From NCBI RefSeq assembly GCF_004010195.1, contig NC_057749.1:22200738-22264737 (forward strand): 64,000 nt of DNA, in the 5' to 3' direction. Position 1 is the stretch's first letter. The number at the start of each line of letters is the position of its first letter. The notes under the pieces are model-generated. The model did not search any database, was not told where the DNA came from, and worked only from the letters and a program-made list of their open reading frames with translations. This DNA is from Chiloscyllium plagiosum. Taxonomy: Eukaryota. A program made the position numbers and the translations under genes. Shown in pieces: positions 1 through 13,410 of this stretch.

Positions 1-343
1 TGGATAGGATAAATAGACAAAGTCTTTCCCTGGGATGGGGGAGTCCAGAACTAGAGGGCATAGGTTTAAGGTGAGAGAGGAAAGATATAAAAGAGACCTA
101 ATGGGCAATATTTCCACACACAGGGTGGCGCATGTGGAATGAGCTGCCAGAGGAAGTGGTGGAGGGTGGTACAAAAACAACATTTAAAAGGCAGCTGGAT
201 GGGTATATGAATAGGAAGGGTTTAGAGGGATATGGGCTTGGGTGCTGGCAAATGGGACGAGATTAATTTAGAATATCTGGCCGACATGGATGAGTTGGAC
301 CGAAGGGTCCGTTTCTGTGCTGTACATCTCTATGACTTGATGA
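1..343 (+). mobile_element. CR1 (HER1-like) LINE 3' end
   Basis: RT C-terminal region (..RTRGHRFKVR..), 3' UTR and ctatgact tail; near-identical copies recur in the window. Confidence 0.85.
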
Positions 344-1134
344 CAAAGAAACAAATTCTCTCTCAGTCATTATCCAGTGCTGTGCTAGCGAAGGTAAACT
401 CCCTGCATTGACACCACTTCCATCCTTACTGTGTTTGGATCTCCATCATCAAATGAAGGAGCCTCAAAGCTTATGTGAAAAGGTCAGATAACCTGCCGAG
501 TCCTGGCATGTTAGATAGGGTCACCTGCCCTGCAACACTAACTCTGATTTCTCTCCACACATGCTGCCGGTCCCTGCTGAGCTTTTTCCAGAAATTTCTG
601 TTTTTGTTCCTGGCATACAACTGACCAAAGTTGTCAAGGCTCGTTCTGGAAGGTTCCAAACACCTTGAGAGTCTTTGGTGAGGGATTGTGCGAATCGAGG
701 ATTCAGAGAAGGTTGGCTCAAGCATTACCCGACCCTCATGTGTCAGGGTCTGCAGACTGTCCATTGGGTTCAGCTGTCATCTCAGAACCCATCGAAACAG
801 AGTGGAGGCGAGTTATGATCAGTCTTAAACCAGAGGGTCTGCAAGTGTGTGTGAGAGAGATAGAAAAAGAGTGAGAGATGATTGTGTAAACAGAAACACA
901 ATTACAGTGTGTTATTCTCTGATTGAAATAATGTGTAGCTTTAAGGTGAGTTCCTTTGACGTATTATCGAGTCCACATTGTCAATTTCTGCTCTGCATTA
1001 CCTGACCTTATTAAAAGCTAAGAGTTTTGGTCTGAACTTGTTTATTTACACCTTTACCTGTTGCCAACCACACTCACAGGGTTTTGATAGCCCTGTTCCA
1101 CATTCCGTCCAACCTCTGAAAATATTTCCCCATC

Positions 1135-1890
1135 AATCCTTTTTTTATTCACTACTGGGCATGGACATCGCTGGCTGGGCCAACATTTATTGTCTCGTCC
1201 CAAGTTGCCCATTGAGATGGTGGGAGTGAGATGCCTACTTGAACCGCTGCAGTCCGTGTACAGGAGATTGACCCAAATTGCCCTTGGGGAGGGAATTCCA
1301 GGATTTTGATGCAGTGACAGTGAAGGAACAGCGATATATTTCCAAATCAGGATGGCGAGTGGCTTGGAGGGAACTTGAAGGAGGTGGTGTTCCCATACAT
1401 CTACTGCTCTTGAACTTCTAGATGGAAATGGTTTTGGGTTTGGAAGGTGCTGTCTAAGGATCTTTGGTGACTTTCTGAGTGCATCTTGAAGATATTACAC
1501 ACTGCTGCTACTGTACGTTGGCTGTGGAGGGATGGATGTTGTGGATGTGGTGCCAATCAAGTGGACTGCTTTGGCCTGGATAGTATTGAGTGTTGTTGGA
1601 GCTGCACCCATCCAGGCAAATGGGGAGTATTCCATCACACTCATGACTTCTGCCTTGTAGATGGTGGACAAGACAAGATGGTGAGACAGGAGGTGAGTTA
1701 GTCACCATAGTATTCCTAGCGTCTGACCTGCTGCTGTAGCCACAGTATTTATATGACGAGTCCAATTGAGTTTCTGATCAACAATAAGCCCCAGGATGTT
1801 GGTACTGGAGGCATTCAGTGATGGTGCCACTATTTAATGGCAAAGGGCAGTGATTAGATTGTCTCTTATTGGTGATGGTCATTGGCTGGA
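1135..1890 (-). mobile_element. Old LINE 3' fragment whose tail is shared with the Deu-type SINEs
   Basis: Terminal aataaatgttggcccagccagcgatgtcc..gaataaaaaa resembles the SINE tails at 37520-37560 and 12095-12150; degenerate RT C-terminal coding sequence. Confidence 0.6.
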
Positions 1891-1894
1891 ATTT

Positions 1895-2348
1895 AGAACA
1901 TAGAACATAGAACATAGAACAATACAGCATAGAACAGGCCCTTCGGCCCACGATGTTGTGCCGAACATTTGTCCCAGCTTAAGCACCCATCCATGTACCT
2001 ATCCAATTGCTACTTAAAGTTCGCCAATGATTCTGACTCTGCCACTCCCACAGGCAGCGCATTCCATGCCCCCACCACTCTCTGGGTAAAGAACCCACCC
2101 CTGACATCTCCCCTATACCTTCCACCCTTCACCGTAAATTTATGTCCCCTTGTAACACTCGGTTGTGCCCGGGGAAAAAGTTTCTGACTGTCTACTCTAC
2201 CTATTTCTTAAAGTGAGGCGACCAGAACTGCACACAGTACTCCAAATGTGGCCTAACCAAGGTCCTGTACAGCTGCAACATCACCTCACGACTCTTGAAT
2301 TCAATCCCTCTGATAATGAACGCTAATACACCATAGGCCTTCTTACAA
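1895..2348 (-). mobile_element. CR1 LINE 3' fragment, internally deleted, with (CTATGTT)n tail
   Basis: ORF piece [42 protein letters not shown]; (tagaaca)n at 1894-1922. Confidence 0.88.
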
Positions 2349-2859
2349 TTTGTGTAGTGCGAATGTGGCTTGCTACTTTTCAGCACAAGCCTGGACATTG
2401 TCTCTTCGGGTTTAAATGCCTCTGCTGCTTTTGGGTCAGATAAAAAATTGCTGACTTTGCATCGATCATTTGGAACAAATCTGCAAACAATACAAAAACA
2501 CAAAAAAATACAACTGGGGACGCACGCACTGTTCCCTCTCCCACCCAAGCATTCAGCAGTTTCTGTCCTGGATCTTGACAGTGTGCTATTGGCCCTTAAT
2601 TATCTCCATTGTTGGAAGGAGCGATTCCACTCTCTGTCAGATTTCAGGTGACCATCTTTCCTCTACTTCTCCATTTGCCCCTGCACATCCCTGGGGACAG
2701 GGGATTCAAGCTCAAGTTTCCCACCCTTCGTTAGATTTCTTGACAACCGAATGGGTGAAAGGTCATCAGGGATACAGAGTTTAACTTACAAATCAGATCA
2801 GCCGCCATTTTGTTTTGGATGGTGAAGCAGGGATGGGTGGCTTTTTCATAAATACTAAG

Positions 2860-3172
2860 CACTATAGAATCCCCACAGTGTGGAAGCAGACCATTCAGCC
2901 CAATAAGTCCACACTGACCCTCTGAAGAGCATCCCACCCACACCCCTTTGATCCTGCATTCCCCATGGCTAACCCACCCAGCCTGTACACAATGGGGCAA
3001 TTGGGATAACTAACCAACTGACCTGCACACTGTTGGGCCATGAGGGGAAACTGGAGCAGACACGGGGAGAATGTGCAAACTCCACACAGACAGTCACCCG
3101 AGGCTGGGATTAAACCCAGGTCCCTGGCGCTGTGAGGCAGCAACGCCAACCACTGAGCCACCGTGCCACCCC
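2860..3172 (-). mobile_element. HE1-type tRNA-derived V-SINE
   Basis: tRNA-like head with A/B boxes, tgtgtggagtttgcac core and CR1-like tail. Confidence 0.85.
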
Positions 3173-3259
3173 CAGGGAGAGAGCTGGAATGCATCACCAA
3201 CCCCAGCTTAATCTGGTTAGACAAGTTTCCTTTAAGATTTGTTGATCTTATGTATTAAG

Positions 3260-3790
3260 TCATGATTTGGAGATGCTGGTGTTGGACTGGGTGTACAAAG
3301 TTAAAAATCACACAATATCAGGTTATAGTCCAACAGGTTGAATTGGAAGCACTAGCTTTCGGAGCAACGCTCCTTCATCAGCAGCACTCCGAGAGCTAAT
3401 GAATTTCACTGTTTGTTAATTTCCCAGATGCACTCCGATGTCCAGCGATATACGAATTCAGTAACTGTGCAGGTTCTCGTTTTCTCTCTCTCTCTCTCTC
3501 TCTCTCTGTCCCCTACACTGTCCTCACATGTGCTTCCTTTGTCTGCTTTTCTCCCTTTTAAACTGTTGTTGTTTTGACTTTTTTTTCCCAAAGTTCCAAA
3601 ACAATGCGACAGCATATAAAACAGTAATTGCCGCTCCTGGAATTCGAGGAAAGCACCTAAAATATCTCAAGAAAAGGAGCAGCTCTTACAGCCAGAAATT
3701 TTTCCCATCCTCCATCTTGGATTACCCATATTTGTTTCCAATCAAACCTGTTGGACTATAACCTGGTGTTGTGTGATTTTTAATTTACGC
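3260..3790. mobile_element. PLE-derived inverted-repeat unit with hammerhead-like core, interrupted by an unclassified ~330 bp repeat (3400-3730)
   Basis: 3300-3350 and 3735-3787 are reverse complements. Minus-strand CTGATGA-AGGAGC-GTT-GCTCC-GAAA-GCTA at 3351-3381. Confidence 0.65.
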
Positions 3791-5614
3791 ACTAAGGGCA
3801 TTTGTCACACAGGAGACACTTATTTACTCTTTATTTTCCACCTTCCGAATTAAAATTTAGACACGGACTGAAGCTGTGGTTGGTGGGTGATGAGATTTTT
3901 CTCATAATGTGTAAAAGTGTGGAAAGATTGGCTCCAGTTCTATCCTTACCAACTGGCTTTCTGGATTAAAAAGTGGGACACCTATAGAGAGTTCTCGGTT
4001 TAGGATAGCGTTCGGAGAATTGACTGAAGCCAAAAGCTTTTCCCTGCCGTGGGCGAGACTCACTAGCACCCTACTGAACTGGAAATCCTGAAAATGGCTC
4101 CAGATGCCCAAACGCTGAGGCACTGTGGGTCATTGCCAACTCTTACATCACATTATGTCAGGTTTGGAGACCCAACCTGGAATCAATGTAGATCAAGAAG
4201 CCAGGAGCATCAATGATGGGTGACACAGGCTAATTGCACAGAGAAGTTCAAGATAGAGCTTAATTATCCCCCAACTAGAAGAGAACAGAGAGGAAGCTCT
4301 ACAATAGACTCATAGAATCCCTACGGCATGAAAGCAGACCACTCGCCCATCACAGCACCAGGGACCTGGCTTCGATTCCACCCTCGAGTGACTGTCTGTG
4401 GAGTTTGCACATTCTCCCCGCGTCTGTGTGGGTTTCCTCCGGGTGCTCTCGTTTCCTCCCACAGTCCAAAGATCTGCAGGTTAGGGTGGATTAGCCATAC
4501 CAACTTGCCAAGTGCTCAGAGATGTGAAGACCAGCTATGGGGATGGTAGCAGGACTGATGGGATGCTCTTTAAAGGGCTGGTGCAGACTCAAAGGGTCCA
4601 ACGGATTCTACATGGAGCACAGTGGTTGCAGTTGCTGGAGATCAACCTTCTCAGCATCAGGACATGTCTACAGGGAGTTTCTCAGGGTAATGTCCTGGGC
4701 CCAACCACCTTCAACTGCTTCATCAATGGCCTTCCCTCCATCATATGGTCAGACGTGGGGATGTTCATTGAGGTCAGAGGTGTTTTATTCCATTTACAAA
4801 CTGTCTGAGAGAGAAGCAGAGTACCGCAGCACCCAGAAACCATCCTGTCTGGGGTTGTCTGGTATCCATTACCAACCATGCCACCTAATTGCCAGATAAA
4901 GATTCCCCTGAACCGGAGAGATCTTCAGCTGCATGCTTTAGTACTGCACTCCCACCGTCAATAAGAGGAAGGAAGCTAAAGCGAACCAGTCAGATCAGCA
5001 GCAAGGCTGAAGGTCAGGAAGGCAAAGGCGTTGTGTTAGTGTCACTGGGCCTAAAAATCTGGGAAGTCCCTGTCTGAGGGAGGTGGGTTCAAATCCAACT
5101 GTGGGCTGGAATTTAAATTTGTACATGTGGAGTTGAAAGCCAACTCAGCAATGGGGGAGGGGTTTGAAAACGTTGAGAATTATTGGAAAACCTGTCTGAT
5201 TGAGGGAAGGAAATGTGCCACCCTTACCTGGTCTGGACAATACATAGCTCTAGCCTCACAACATTCTGGTTAATTTTTAAATGGCCTAGAGATTCAAATT
5301 GAAATTTGCGATCAGCAGCTAATTCTGGCCTTGCCAGTGATGCCCATATTCCTCTAGAGATCAATTTTTCTTTAAAAATGAGCGCACGTGGGGTTGTAGG
5401 ACTGGGTGGAGTTGTACAGTCTGCCCATTGTACATCCCTCTTTATTCAATCCAGTTAGAAATGTACATGGCAAAAGCAATTTAGGGAGATTTAAACAATC
5501 CTTGGATAAGCACATGGACGATGATGGGATAGTGTAGGAGGATGAGCTGAGAATAGTTCACAGGTCGGAGCAAGATCAAGGGCTGTTCTGCGCTGTACTG
5601 TTCTATGTTCTAAA

Positions 5615-6010
5615 AATGAAAGAATTGCAGATGCTGGAAATCAGAAACAAAAATAGAAATTGCTGGAAAAGTTCAGCAGGTCTGGCAGCATCTGTGGAGG
5701 GAAATCAGAATTAACGTTTTGGGTCCAGTGACCCTTCCTCAGAATTGATGGTAGCTCGGAAAATGTTGGTTTATATGCAGAATTTAGGGTTGGGGGGGGG
5801 GAAGGAGTAAGTGATAGTGGGGGATAGAGTCAAAAAGAAAGTAAAACAGTTGGACAGACAAGGGAGTGGATAACGATCTGACTGGGAGGGTGAATAATGA
5901 ATTCCATCAGCTCTGAGGAAGGGTCACTCAACCTGAAATGTTAACGGATTTCTCTCCACAGTTGCTGCCAGACCTACTGAGATTTTCCTGCAATTTCTGG
6001 TTTTTCTTCC
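5615..6010. mobile_element. PLE 3'-end inverted pair (second subfamily)
   Basis: 5620-5745 and 5910-6005 are reverse-complementary; both carry CTGAGGA-agggtcact..-(G)AAA cores. Confidence 0.65.
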
Positions 6011-7605
6011 AAAAGAAACCTGACCAGATTTATATTTCCAGTCCAGTACAATTTAATTGCTGCCACATCTACGGAGGCAGAAAATGCCTCACATCCCACG
6101 CCACCATAGTCTTCAACAAGATTCGAATCAAGTGTGTGGTATATACTCCCTGATTCCAAACCAATGCAACTGCAATAACACTTATTCATCAAGTTTAACA
6201 ATTAGTAATTTCTGTAATTAATATAAATGAATACATTGTTATTGTAACGTCTGCTTCATGGATTATCCATTTAACTCACTTATTAATGGCTCATTTTTTT
6301 GATGAGTGTAAAATGTGAAAAGCCAATCTATTTCACTGGGCTGGCTCATTTCATTGAGATTGATTTAAGTCCAATTTGTGCTACATAAATATTTTCCAGA
6401 GTCATCTGAGATAACAAAAGGACAGGAGACTCCGGATCACAGGCAAGGGCAAGAAAGAAAGACATTCTGATGGAAGAGGAAGAGTCAGCTCATTAAAAAA
6501 AATAATTTGTTATGTTTCTTCATTCGTCCTCCCTTTTGGAATGATGTGAGTGTTTAAACACAGGCGCTGAATTCATGCCTCAGTCCACAATGTGTCTAAG
6601 ATCAGTAAGTGCTGCAAAGCTCCAGATCAGTATAAAACCCGGCCTCAAGCATCAAATATAAATGATAAGGAAATAGTAATTATGTCTTAAAACTTCATTC
6701 GGAAATACTTTGCCTGTCTTAAATAATACATGAGGCTGGTCACTGAGTGGAGTGTGGTGCTGAATGCGGAGTGCGGCTGCCCACAGAATTGTGCCCAAGC
6801 TCCCGTACACTCAGATGCCAAACTCTTTTCATGTCTTTCTCTGCCCGTATTTCTTTATTGCAGTGACTGATCAGTGAGTCTACACATGCTGCCACGTTCT
6901 CATCGGGATAAACCTTGGAAATGGACAGACCGCTTGAATCAATGAGATGTTCTGAAGGCATTTCCCCTGTTTCTTGGGAATAATGATTAGCAAGTGGCAG
7001 TGGAACACGATGAGGTCAAATTAGCCACTTCACGATTCAACTTACCAACTCTCCTTGCGCGAAGAACAGATTTGCCGACAGATCTGACAACTCCCAGCCT
7101 TTTCCAAATCAGGAAGATGGCGGCATTTTAGGACACTCTTGCTGAAGATCCTCTCCCCCACCTGTTCTTATGTTCCTTTTGCTTCTCTCCTGCCTTTCTC
7201 CTCCCTCTCTCCTCTCTCTCTCTCCTCCCTTCTCTTGGCCTCAGACACTCAGCCTCCCAATTCCCGGCCTCCGAAGCGGGGTTGGCGGAGATGCCAGTGA
7301 TCAGGAGCAGGGATGCCAGTGACTGGGCGGCCCAGGGCAGAGCATGAGAGCAGCTAGTGGTCAGACCATGTGGAGGTCCCCCTGCGCTGGCCTGATGTGG
7401 AGAGCCCTTGGAGAGAGACTGTGATGTTTGTAACTTTGCTTTTTGTTTTTCTGACTATATTTGTACTGTGTATAACTGTGATGTCACTTTTTTTCCTTCC
7501 TTTCTCTATTCTGTAACTAAGGATTGTTTCAAGGTACCTTTGTAGCTAAGATGGCGTTGTAAGTGGCGACTTATTAACTTTCCACTGTGCTCACTTGTGA
7601 CCATA

Positions 7606-7812
7606 AGAGTCAAAACGTGTGGTGCTGGAAAAACACAGCTGGTCAGGCCGCATCTGAGGAGCAGGAGAGTCAATGTTTTGAGCATAAGTCCTTCCTGATC
7701 AAGAGTTTATGCTCAAAACATCGACTCTCCTGCTCCTCGGAGGCTGCCTGACCGGCTGTGCTTTTCCAGCACCACACTTTTTGACTCTGATCTCCAGCTC
7801 TCTCTTTCTCCT
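7606..7812. mobile_element. Palindromic PLE-derived mini-element inserted in the tail of an older repeat
   Basis: Two ~85-100 bp arms in inverted orientation meet at a degenerate hammerhead core. Flanks tgtgaccataa / tgtgacaataa look like a TSD. Confidence 0.7.
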
Positions 7813-8399
7813 ACATGTGACAATAAAATTAATTCAGTTCAAATCAATTTGCTCAGCGACATTATGACATAAAGATGTTATGATGTGGAGCAGGGGGGGT
7901 GTTAACCTGGACCTCATAGCTCAGGAACTTTGTAAGGCAGAGAATCGAGTGTTATCAGGGTGGGGCGGTCGTGAGGTAGATGGAAATGTGGAGTCTGAAA
8001 TACAAACAGATCAGCCATCATCTTATTGAATAACAGAGTAGGCTCAATGCACCAAACAGTCTACCTCTGTTCTTATTTCTCACATTCACAACCATTGGAG
8101 GTTTGTGCAAGAAGCTAAAAATATCACGGAATGAAACCTTAGAAACTATGACCAAGGCATTGCAGTCATTATCCCTCGAGATGTCTTCTCTATCAACCCT
8201 GAGCTTCCTCAATTTGGATTCTGGACACTATGAAGTTAAATGGTGACATGTCAAATGAATGGATTGCCTTAGGAGGAAAAGTTGAACAGACGGGGCTTAT
8301 AGAATCCCTACAATGTAGGAGCAGACCACTCGGCCCATTAAATCCACACCAACACTCCAAAGAGTGGATTGATTTTTTTACCCCCTGCCCACACTTTTT

Positions 8400-8755
8400 T
8401 TTTTAAATTGGGTCATGAAATGAGGGTGTCACTGGCCAGGCCAGCATTTATTGCCCATCCCTAATTGCCCAGAGAGCAGTTGAGTCAACCACATTGATGT
8501 GAGTCTGGAGTAATGTGTTGGCCAGAGCAGGTAAGGATGGCAGTTTCCTTCCCTACAGGACATTAGTGAACCAGATGGGCTTTTCTGATAATCGACAATG
8601 GATTCATGGTCATCATTAGACTCTTAATTCCAAGTATTTCTTAAATTGAAATTTCACCATCTATCATAGCAGGATTTGAACCAGGTCCCCACAACATTAC
8701 CTGGGCCTCTGGATTCACAGGTCCAGTGATAGTACCATAAGGCCATTGCCCACCC
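8400..8755 (-). mobile_element. Deu-domain SINE (SacSINE1-like)
   Basis: tRNA-like head (GGTTCAAATCC B box), Deu-like core cactaatgtcc..ggaaggaaactgccatccttacc, aataaatgctggcc tail. Confidence 0.75.
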
Positions 8756-10584
8756 AGCACTGGGGAATTGATCTTCCTGCAAATGCATTTGGAAGAGATA
8801 CTGAGTGTGACAAGAACACAGAAGGGGTGGTACCGCTACTGGGTATACCTGAAGGGTATATCTGCTGGATTTAAGGTGCTTTCGCTGGTGAGACAAACAA
8901 TGGAAGGGTATTCAGACTCAGCACCAACATAGTCCCTTCCACAGCCAGCCAGGAATAATGGCAGACAGTTCAGCAAGTAATGAGAGAAGACAGCTCCCAA
9001 GACACGCCCTTGCTAGTGATGGGCAAGCCCAGAACGCTAGTGCGAAAGGTTGAAGTATCTGAATCCCTCAGCAAACAAACTGGTGTTGGTTCATTGCCAT
9101 ATCACAGAAACACTCAAAGACCCAGGATACATTAGAGACAATATTTCACTGAAGATTTGAAGTTGAGCACTGGCAGTGCCCATAGCCAAGTTGCTCCAGT
9201 ATAGGTACAACACTGGCACCTACCCAGGGAAGGAGAAACTGTCCAGCTAGTTTCTGTCCTTCAAAAACAAGACCAATCCATCCCGGTCAGTCTATTCTCC
9301 ATCATTATTAACGTGATGGAAGGGATCATCAACAGTGCTACCAAGCAACACCTGCTCAGCAACAACCTGCTCAGTTTGGGTTCTGCCTTCACCGCCGCTC
9401 CCTCACCACCAGACGCCTGGAGGAAGGACGCCTCATCTTCCGCCTCGGAACACTTCAACCCCAGAGCATCAATGTGGACTTCAACAGTTTCCCCACCTCA
9501 CCCTAGTTCCAAACTTCCAGCTCAGCGCTGTCCTCATGACTTGTCCTACCTGTCTATCTTCTTTTCCACCTATCCACTCCACCCTCCTCCCTGACCTCTC
9601 ATCCAGCATCTGCAGTCATTGTTTTTACGACAGAGCCACTCAGGTCATGACCTTGTTAGAACCTCGGTTAAAAACATGGACAAAAGCGCTGGACACCAGA
9701 GGCGAGTTTAACTCGACTGCTCTTGACACTCAAAGTGGCATCAAGAGGTCTTAGCGCAATGGGAATCAAGGGGCAATCCCTCCCTGGGTTGGCCCACACC
9801 GAGCACAAAGGAAGATGACTGCAGTGTTGGAGATCAATCATCTCAGCTCCAGGGTATCCTAGGCCCAACCATTTAAATTGTCCAGGGATCTACAGGCTAG
9901 GGGGACCAGTCAGGGGAATACAGGGTTTCAGAGATAGGGTAGTGGGAGTGTGTCTGGGTCGGATGCTTTTCCAATGGTCGGTGCGAACTCAATGGGCCAA
10001 ATGGCCTGTTTCCACACAATCTATGATTCTATGATCTTCAGCTGCTTCATCAATGACCTTTCCTTCATTATAAGGTCAGGAATGAGGATTGCAAATATTC
10101 AGCATCATTTACAACTTCAGATACTGAAGTATTCTGTGTCCATATGCAGCAGGACCAGGGATGGGCTGATTAGTAGCACAGAACATTCACGACACCCAGT
10201 CAATGGACATCTCCAACAAGAGAGAATGGAAGGAGCACCGGGTGGAAGAGGACGTTGTCTCACACACAACCAGTCCAGGATCTGTGATAGTGTCACAGTC
10301 AGTGCACTCCCCCAGTGCCCAGAAGCCTGTTCCCCCGTCTCCCATTCCCCCTGCACTTGCTCCCGGCCCTGTATCCCCTTCCCTCTGTGCTCAGTCTCCC
10401 TTTACTGTACTTCTCCTCCCAGTTGCTGTAACCAGCTCCACCTTAGGCAGCACATTCCATTCCCCATGATCGCAAGGGTGCTGTCTATCTCCCATTGCCA
10501 CCATACAGCTCACTGCTCACTAGTACCAAGGTGAATGATGATCTGTCTTGTGAATGAAGAAAAGGAGGATATGGGTAATCCAGA

Positions 10585-12150
10585 GAGGCCTTGGCGTAGT
10601 GGTGTTATCACTGAGCTGTTAATCCAGAGACTCACGTAATGATCTGGGGACTTGGGTTCAAATCTCACCATAGCAGATCGCAGAATTTGAAATCGATTAA
10701 AAAAAATTCTGGAATTAAGTGTCTAATGAGGACCGTTGTTGTCGATTGTCTGAAAAACCCATCAGCTTCACTAATATTCTTTAGGGAAGGAAACTACCAC
10801 CACCCCCTCCCAGTGTCTTACCTATCCTGGACCTCTTCAACAACCTTGATTTCTCCACCCTCTAAGTGTAAAGCACTCCACTCTCTCCACACCAATCTCT
10901 GTTTCACCATCAAACCTGCTGGAAAAAGGCAGGAGGATGGACCTCCGTGTTGCAGGGGCTGAACACCAACTCTCTGACACCATGCCTACCTCCCCTGGAC
11001 CATAACCCCATTAGGGCCACTATCACCCACACTGTCCGTGACCTCAGTGCCTTTGGTGATCTCCCCTGTGTCTCCTCCAACCACATAGTTCCCCGCACCT
11101 GCACTGTCCGGTTCTACCTGCTCCACAAGCCTAACTACACCGGCCAACCCATTGTCTCGGCATGCTCCTGCCCTACCTAACTCGTCTCGTCCTACCTCGA
11201 CTCCATTCTCTCCCCCTTGGTCCAGACACTTCCCATCTACATCCATGACACCAACATGCCCTCCACCTCTTCAGAAACTTCCAATTCTTTGCCCCCCGCC
11301 CCAGCACTTTATCTTCATTATGGATGTGCAGTCCTTTTACATGTTTCACCTGGAAGCACTGTTTGAGGCCTGCCTCTCCTCCAGCCTAGTTTATTGCATC
11401 AGGTGTTCCCGATGTGGTCTTCTCTACATCAAGGAGACCAAATGTAAACAAAGGGAACATTTCGTTAAGCATCTCAGCCAGGTCCGTAAGGACCAACCTG
11501 ACCTCCAGGTCACTGCCCACCTCAATTCTCCCTCCCAGTCCCTCTCTGACATGTCCATCATTGTCCTCCTCCATTGCCACAGTGAATCAGATCGCAAATT
11601 GGAGGAACAACACTTCATCTTCCGCCTGGGCAGCCTACAGCCCAGAGTTCTTCAATTTCAAATAGCCTTCTCACCCGTTCCCCTAACTCCCTTTCCATCC
11701 CCTCCCCCTTCCTTCCATTCCACCTTCCAACCCTTGTCTCCAGCGACCAATCGGATTCATCCCTCCCATCGACCAATCATGGCATACGCACCGCTTATGT
11801 TCACCTATCACTACCTCCATCCTTCTCCCCAACCAAACCAAACCCCCCTCTTTATCTGCAGCTCCCTCTACACCCATCCCAGGTCCTGAAGAAGAGTTAT
11901 ACTCAAAACGTTGATGTCTTTGCACCTCCTGATGCTGCCTGGCTTGTTGTGTTCTTCCAGCCTCCTGCTTGTCTACTTCTGGATTCCAGCATCTGCTTTT
12001 TTGTCGCACCCTTATCTGGTCTGGCCTACATGGGACTCCAGACCCGCAGCAATGTGGTTGACTCTTAACTGCCCCCTGTCCAATTAGGGGCGAGCAATAA
12101 ATGCTGACCTAGCCAGTGTTGCCCTCAAACCGGGAATCAATAAAATTAAA
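10585..12150 (+). mobile_element. Deu-type SINE split in two (10585-10800, 12005-12150) by a Penelope-like insertion
   Basis: The SINE core ggaaggaaactacc|cttatctggtctggcctaca is continuous across the insertion. Confidence 0.75.
10800..12005 (+). mobile_element. Penelope-like element, internally deleted (RT N-terminal part joined to GIY-YIG endonuclease)
   Basis: RFYLLHKP..PIVSACSCPT and MDVQSFY (RT), then VYCIRCSRCGLLYIKET..EHF..RKLEEQHFIFRLGSLQP (GIY-YIG); degenerate hammerhead core near 11886. Confidence 0.85.
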
Positions 12151-12895
12151 AAAAATTAAATCCCGGTCAGTATTTACGTGAAAAAGAGATCAGAATACCA
12201 GCCATCCTGAGAAAACACACATTCAGTCAGGGTCAGGGACTCAACAAGCTTCAAGAAGAGATAATGACATCAAAGTCTTTACAAATCCACAGAGCAGAAG
12301 ATTCCTATCGCAGAGTTTTGAAGAAAGCAGCTGGGGGTATTGCAGATGTCCTAATTACAACTGGACAAAGTTGTCTCGGTGCAGGGACTGTACCTTTAGA
12401 TTGGAAAATTTGTTCATGTAACCCTGTTATGTAAGGAGAGTGAAAGTGGGAACATGTCATTTACAGGACCGTTAGTCAAACCCAGCGCTGAGAATAGACT
12501 GGAGCTGGGACAGACAGCACTGAAGCAAGGTCAGGTAGGAATGTCAAAATGATAGGCGTTTGTTACAGTCAACTCATTACAAACCCTCCTGGACTCAGGG
12601 AAAATAAATCTGCCCATGAAGATAAGAAAAAAAATTAGTTTTCTCAGTTACATGCCTTCTCATTGACACTCCAGGGGAAACCATCACAGATTTAAACCAA
12701 GCAATTACATACGTTAATGTCCCAGCAGTGACCTTTGTGGGTCTCATCTTGCCCATTCAAGTACTAGTCATCATGTCACAGAGCTATTGTGTCAGAGTCG
12801 CAGTGTCACAGTGTCATAGAATCATAGAGTCATAGTATCATAGTGTCATAGAGTGATAGGAGTCACACAGTCATAGAATCATAGAGTCATAGTGT

Positions 12896-13410
12896 GGTGA
12901 GGGAGGTGGTGAGGGAGGTGGTGAGGGGTCAGAGGGGAGGGTGGAGCAGATAGATGGGAAAGACAATGGGCAGGTCAAGAGGATGGTGCTGAGTGGAGTG
13001 GGACTGGGATATGAGGTGGGGGGAGGGGAGATGAGGAAACTCGTGAAATCCACATTGGAACCCTGCAACCAGCCAGGACCAAGGCAGATGCTCGGGCATT
13101 CTTCCTCCAGCCGTCAGATGGTCAGGGTTTGGTGATGGAGGAGGCCCAGTACATGCATGTCCTTGGTGGAATGGGAGGGGGAGTTGAAGTGTTCAGCTAG
13201 AAGGTGGTGGGGTTGGTTGGTGCAGGTGTCCCAGACGTGTTTCCTGAAACAATCTGCAAGAAGGCGTCCTATCTCCCCAATGTAGAGGAGACCACATTGG
13301 GTGCAACGGATATAGTAGATGACATTGGTGGAAGTACAGGTAAATTTCTGTCAGATGTGGAAGGCTCCTTTGGAGCTTTGGTCGGGTGGAGGTATGGGCA
13401 CAGGTTATGC
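12896..13410 (-). mobile_element. Penelope-like element fragment (GIY-YIG region)
   Basis: Homologous to the PLE copies at 25463-26500 and 61165-62317. Confidence 0.75.

Noticed and set aside
840..922. ..QCVIL* resembling a CAAX end such as MINDY1/2, an expected ANXA9 neighbour
   Set aside because: Two in-frame stops just upstream, weak acceptor, GA-rich low-complexity context.
6400..6470. Possible terminal exon SSEITKGQETPDHRQGQERKTF*
   Set aside because: No recognisable homology or partner exons; could arise by chance.
11152..11889. 245-aa ORF as a novel RT/nuclease fusion gene
   Set aside because: It is a deleted Penelope remnant with a mutated GIY-YIG motif (LYIKET) and frameshifts upstream.
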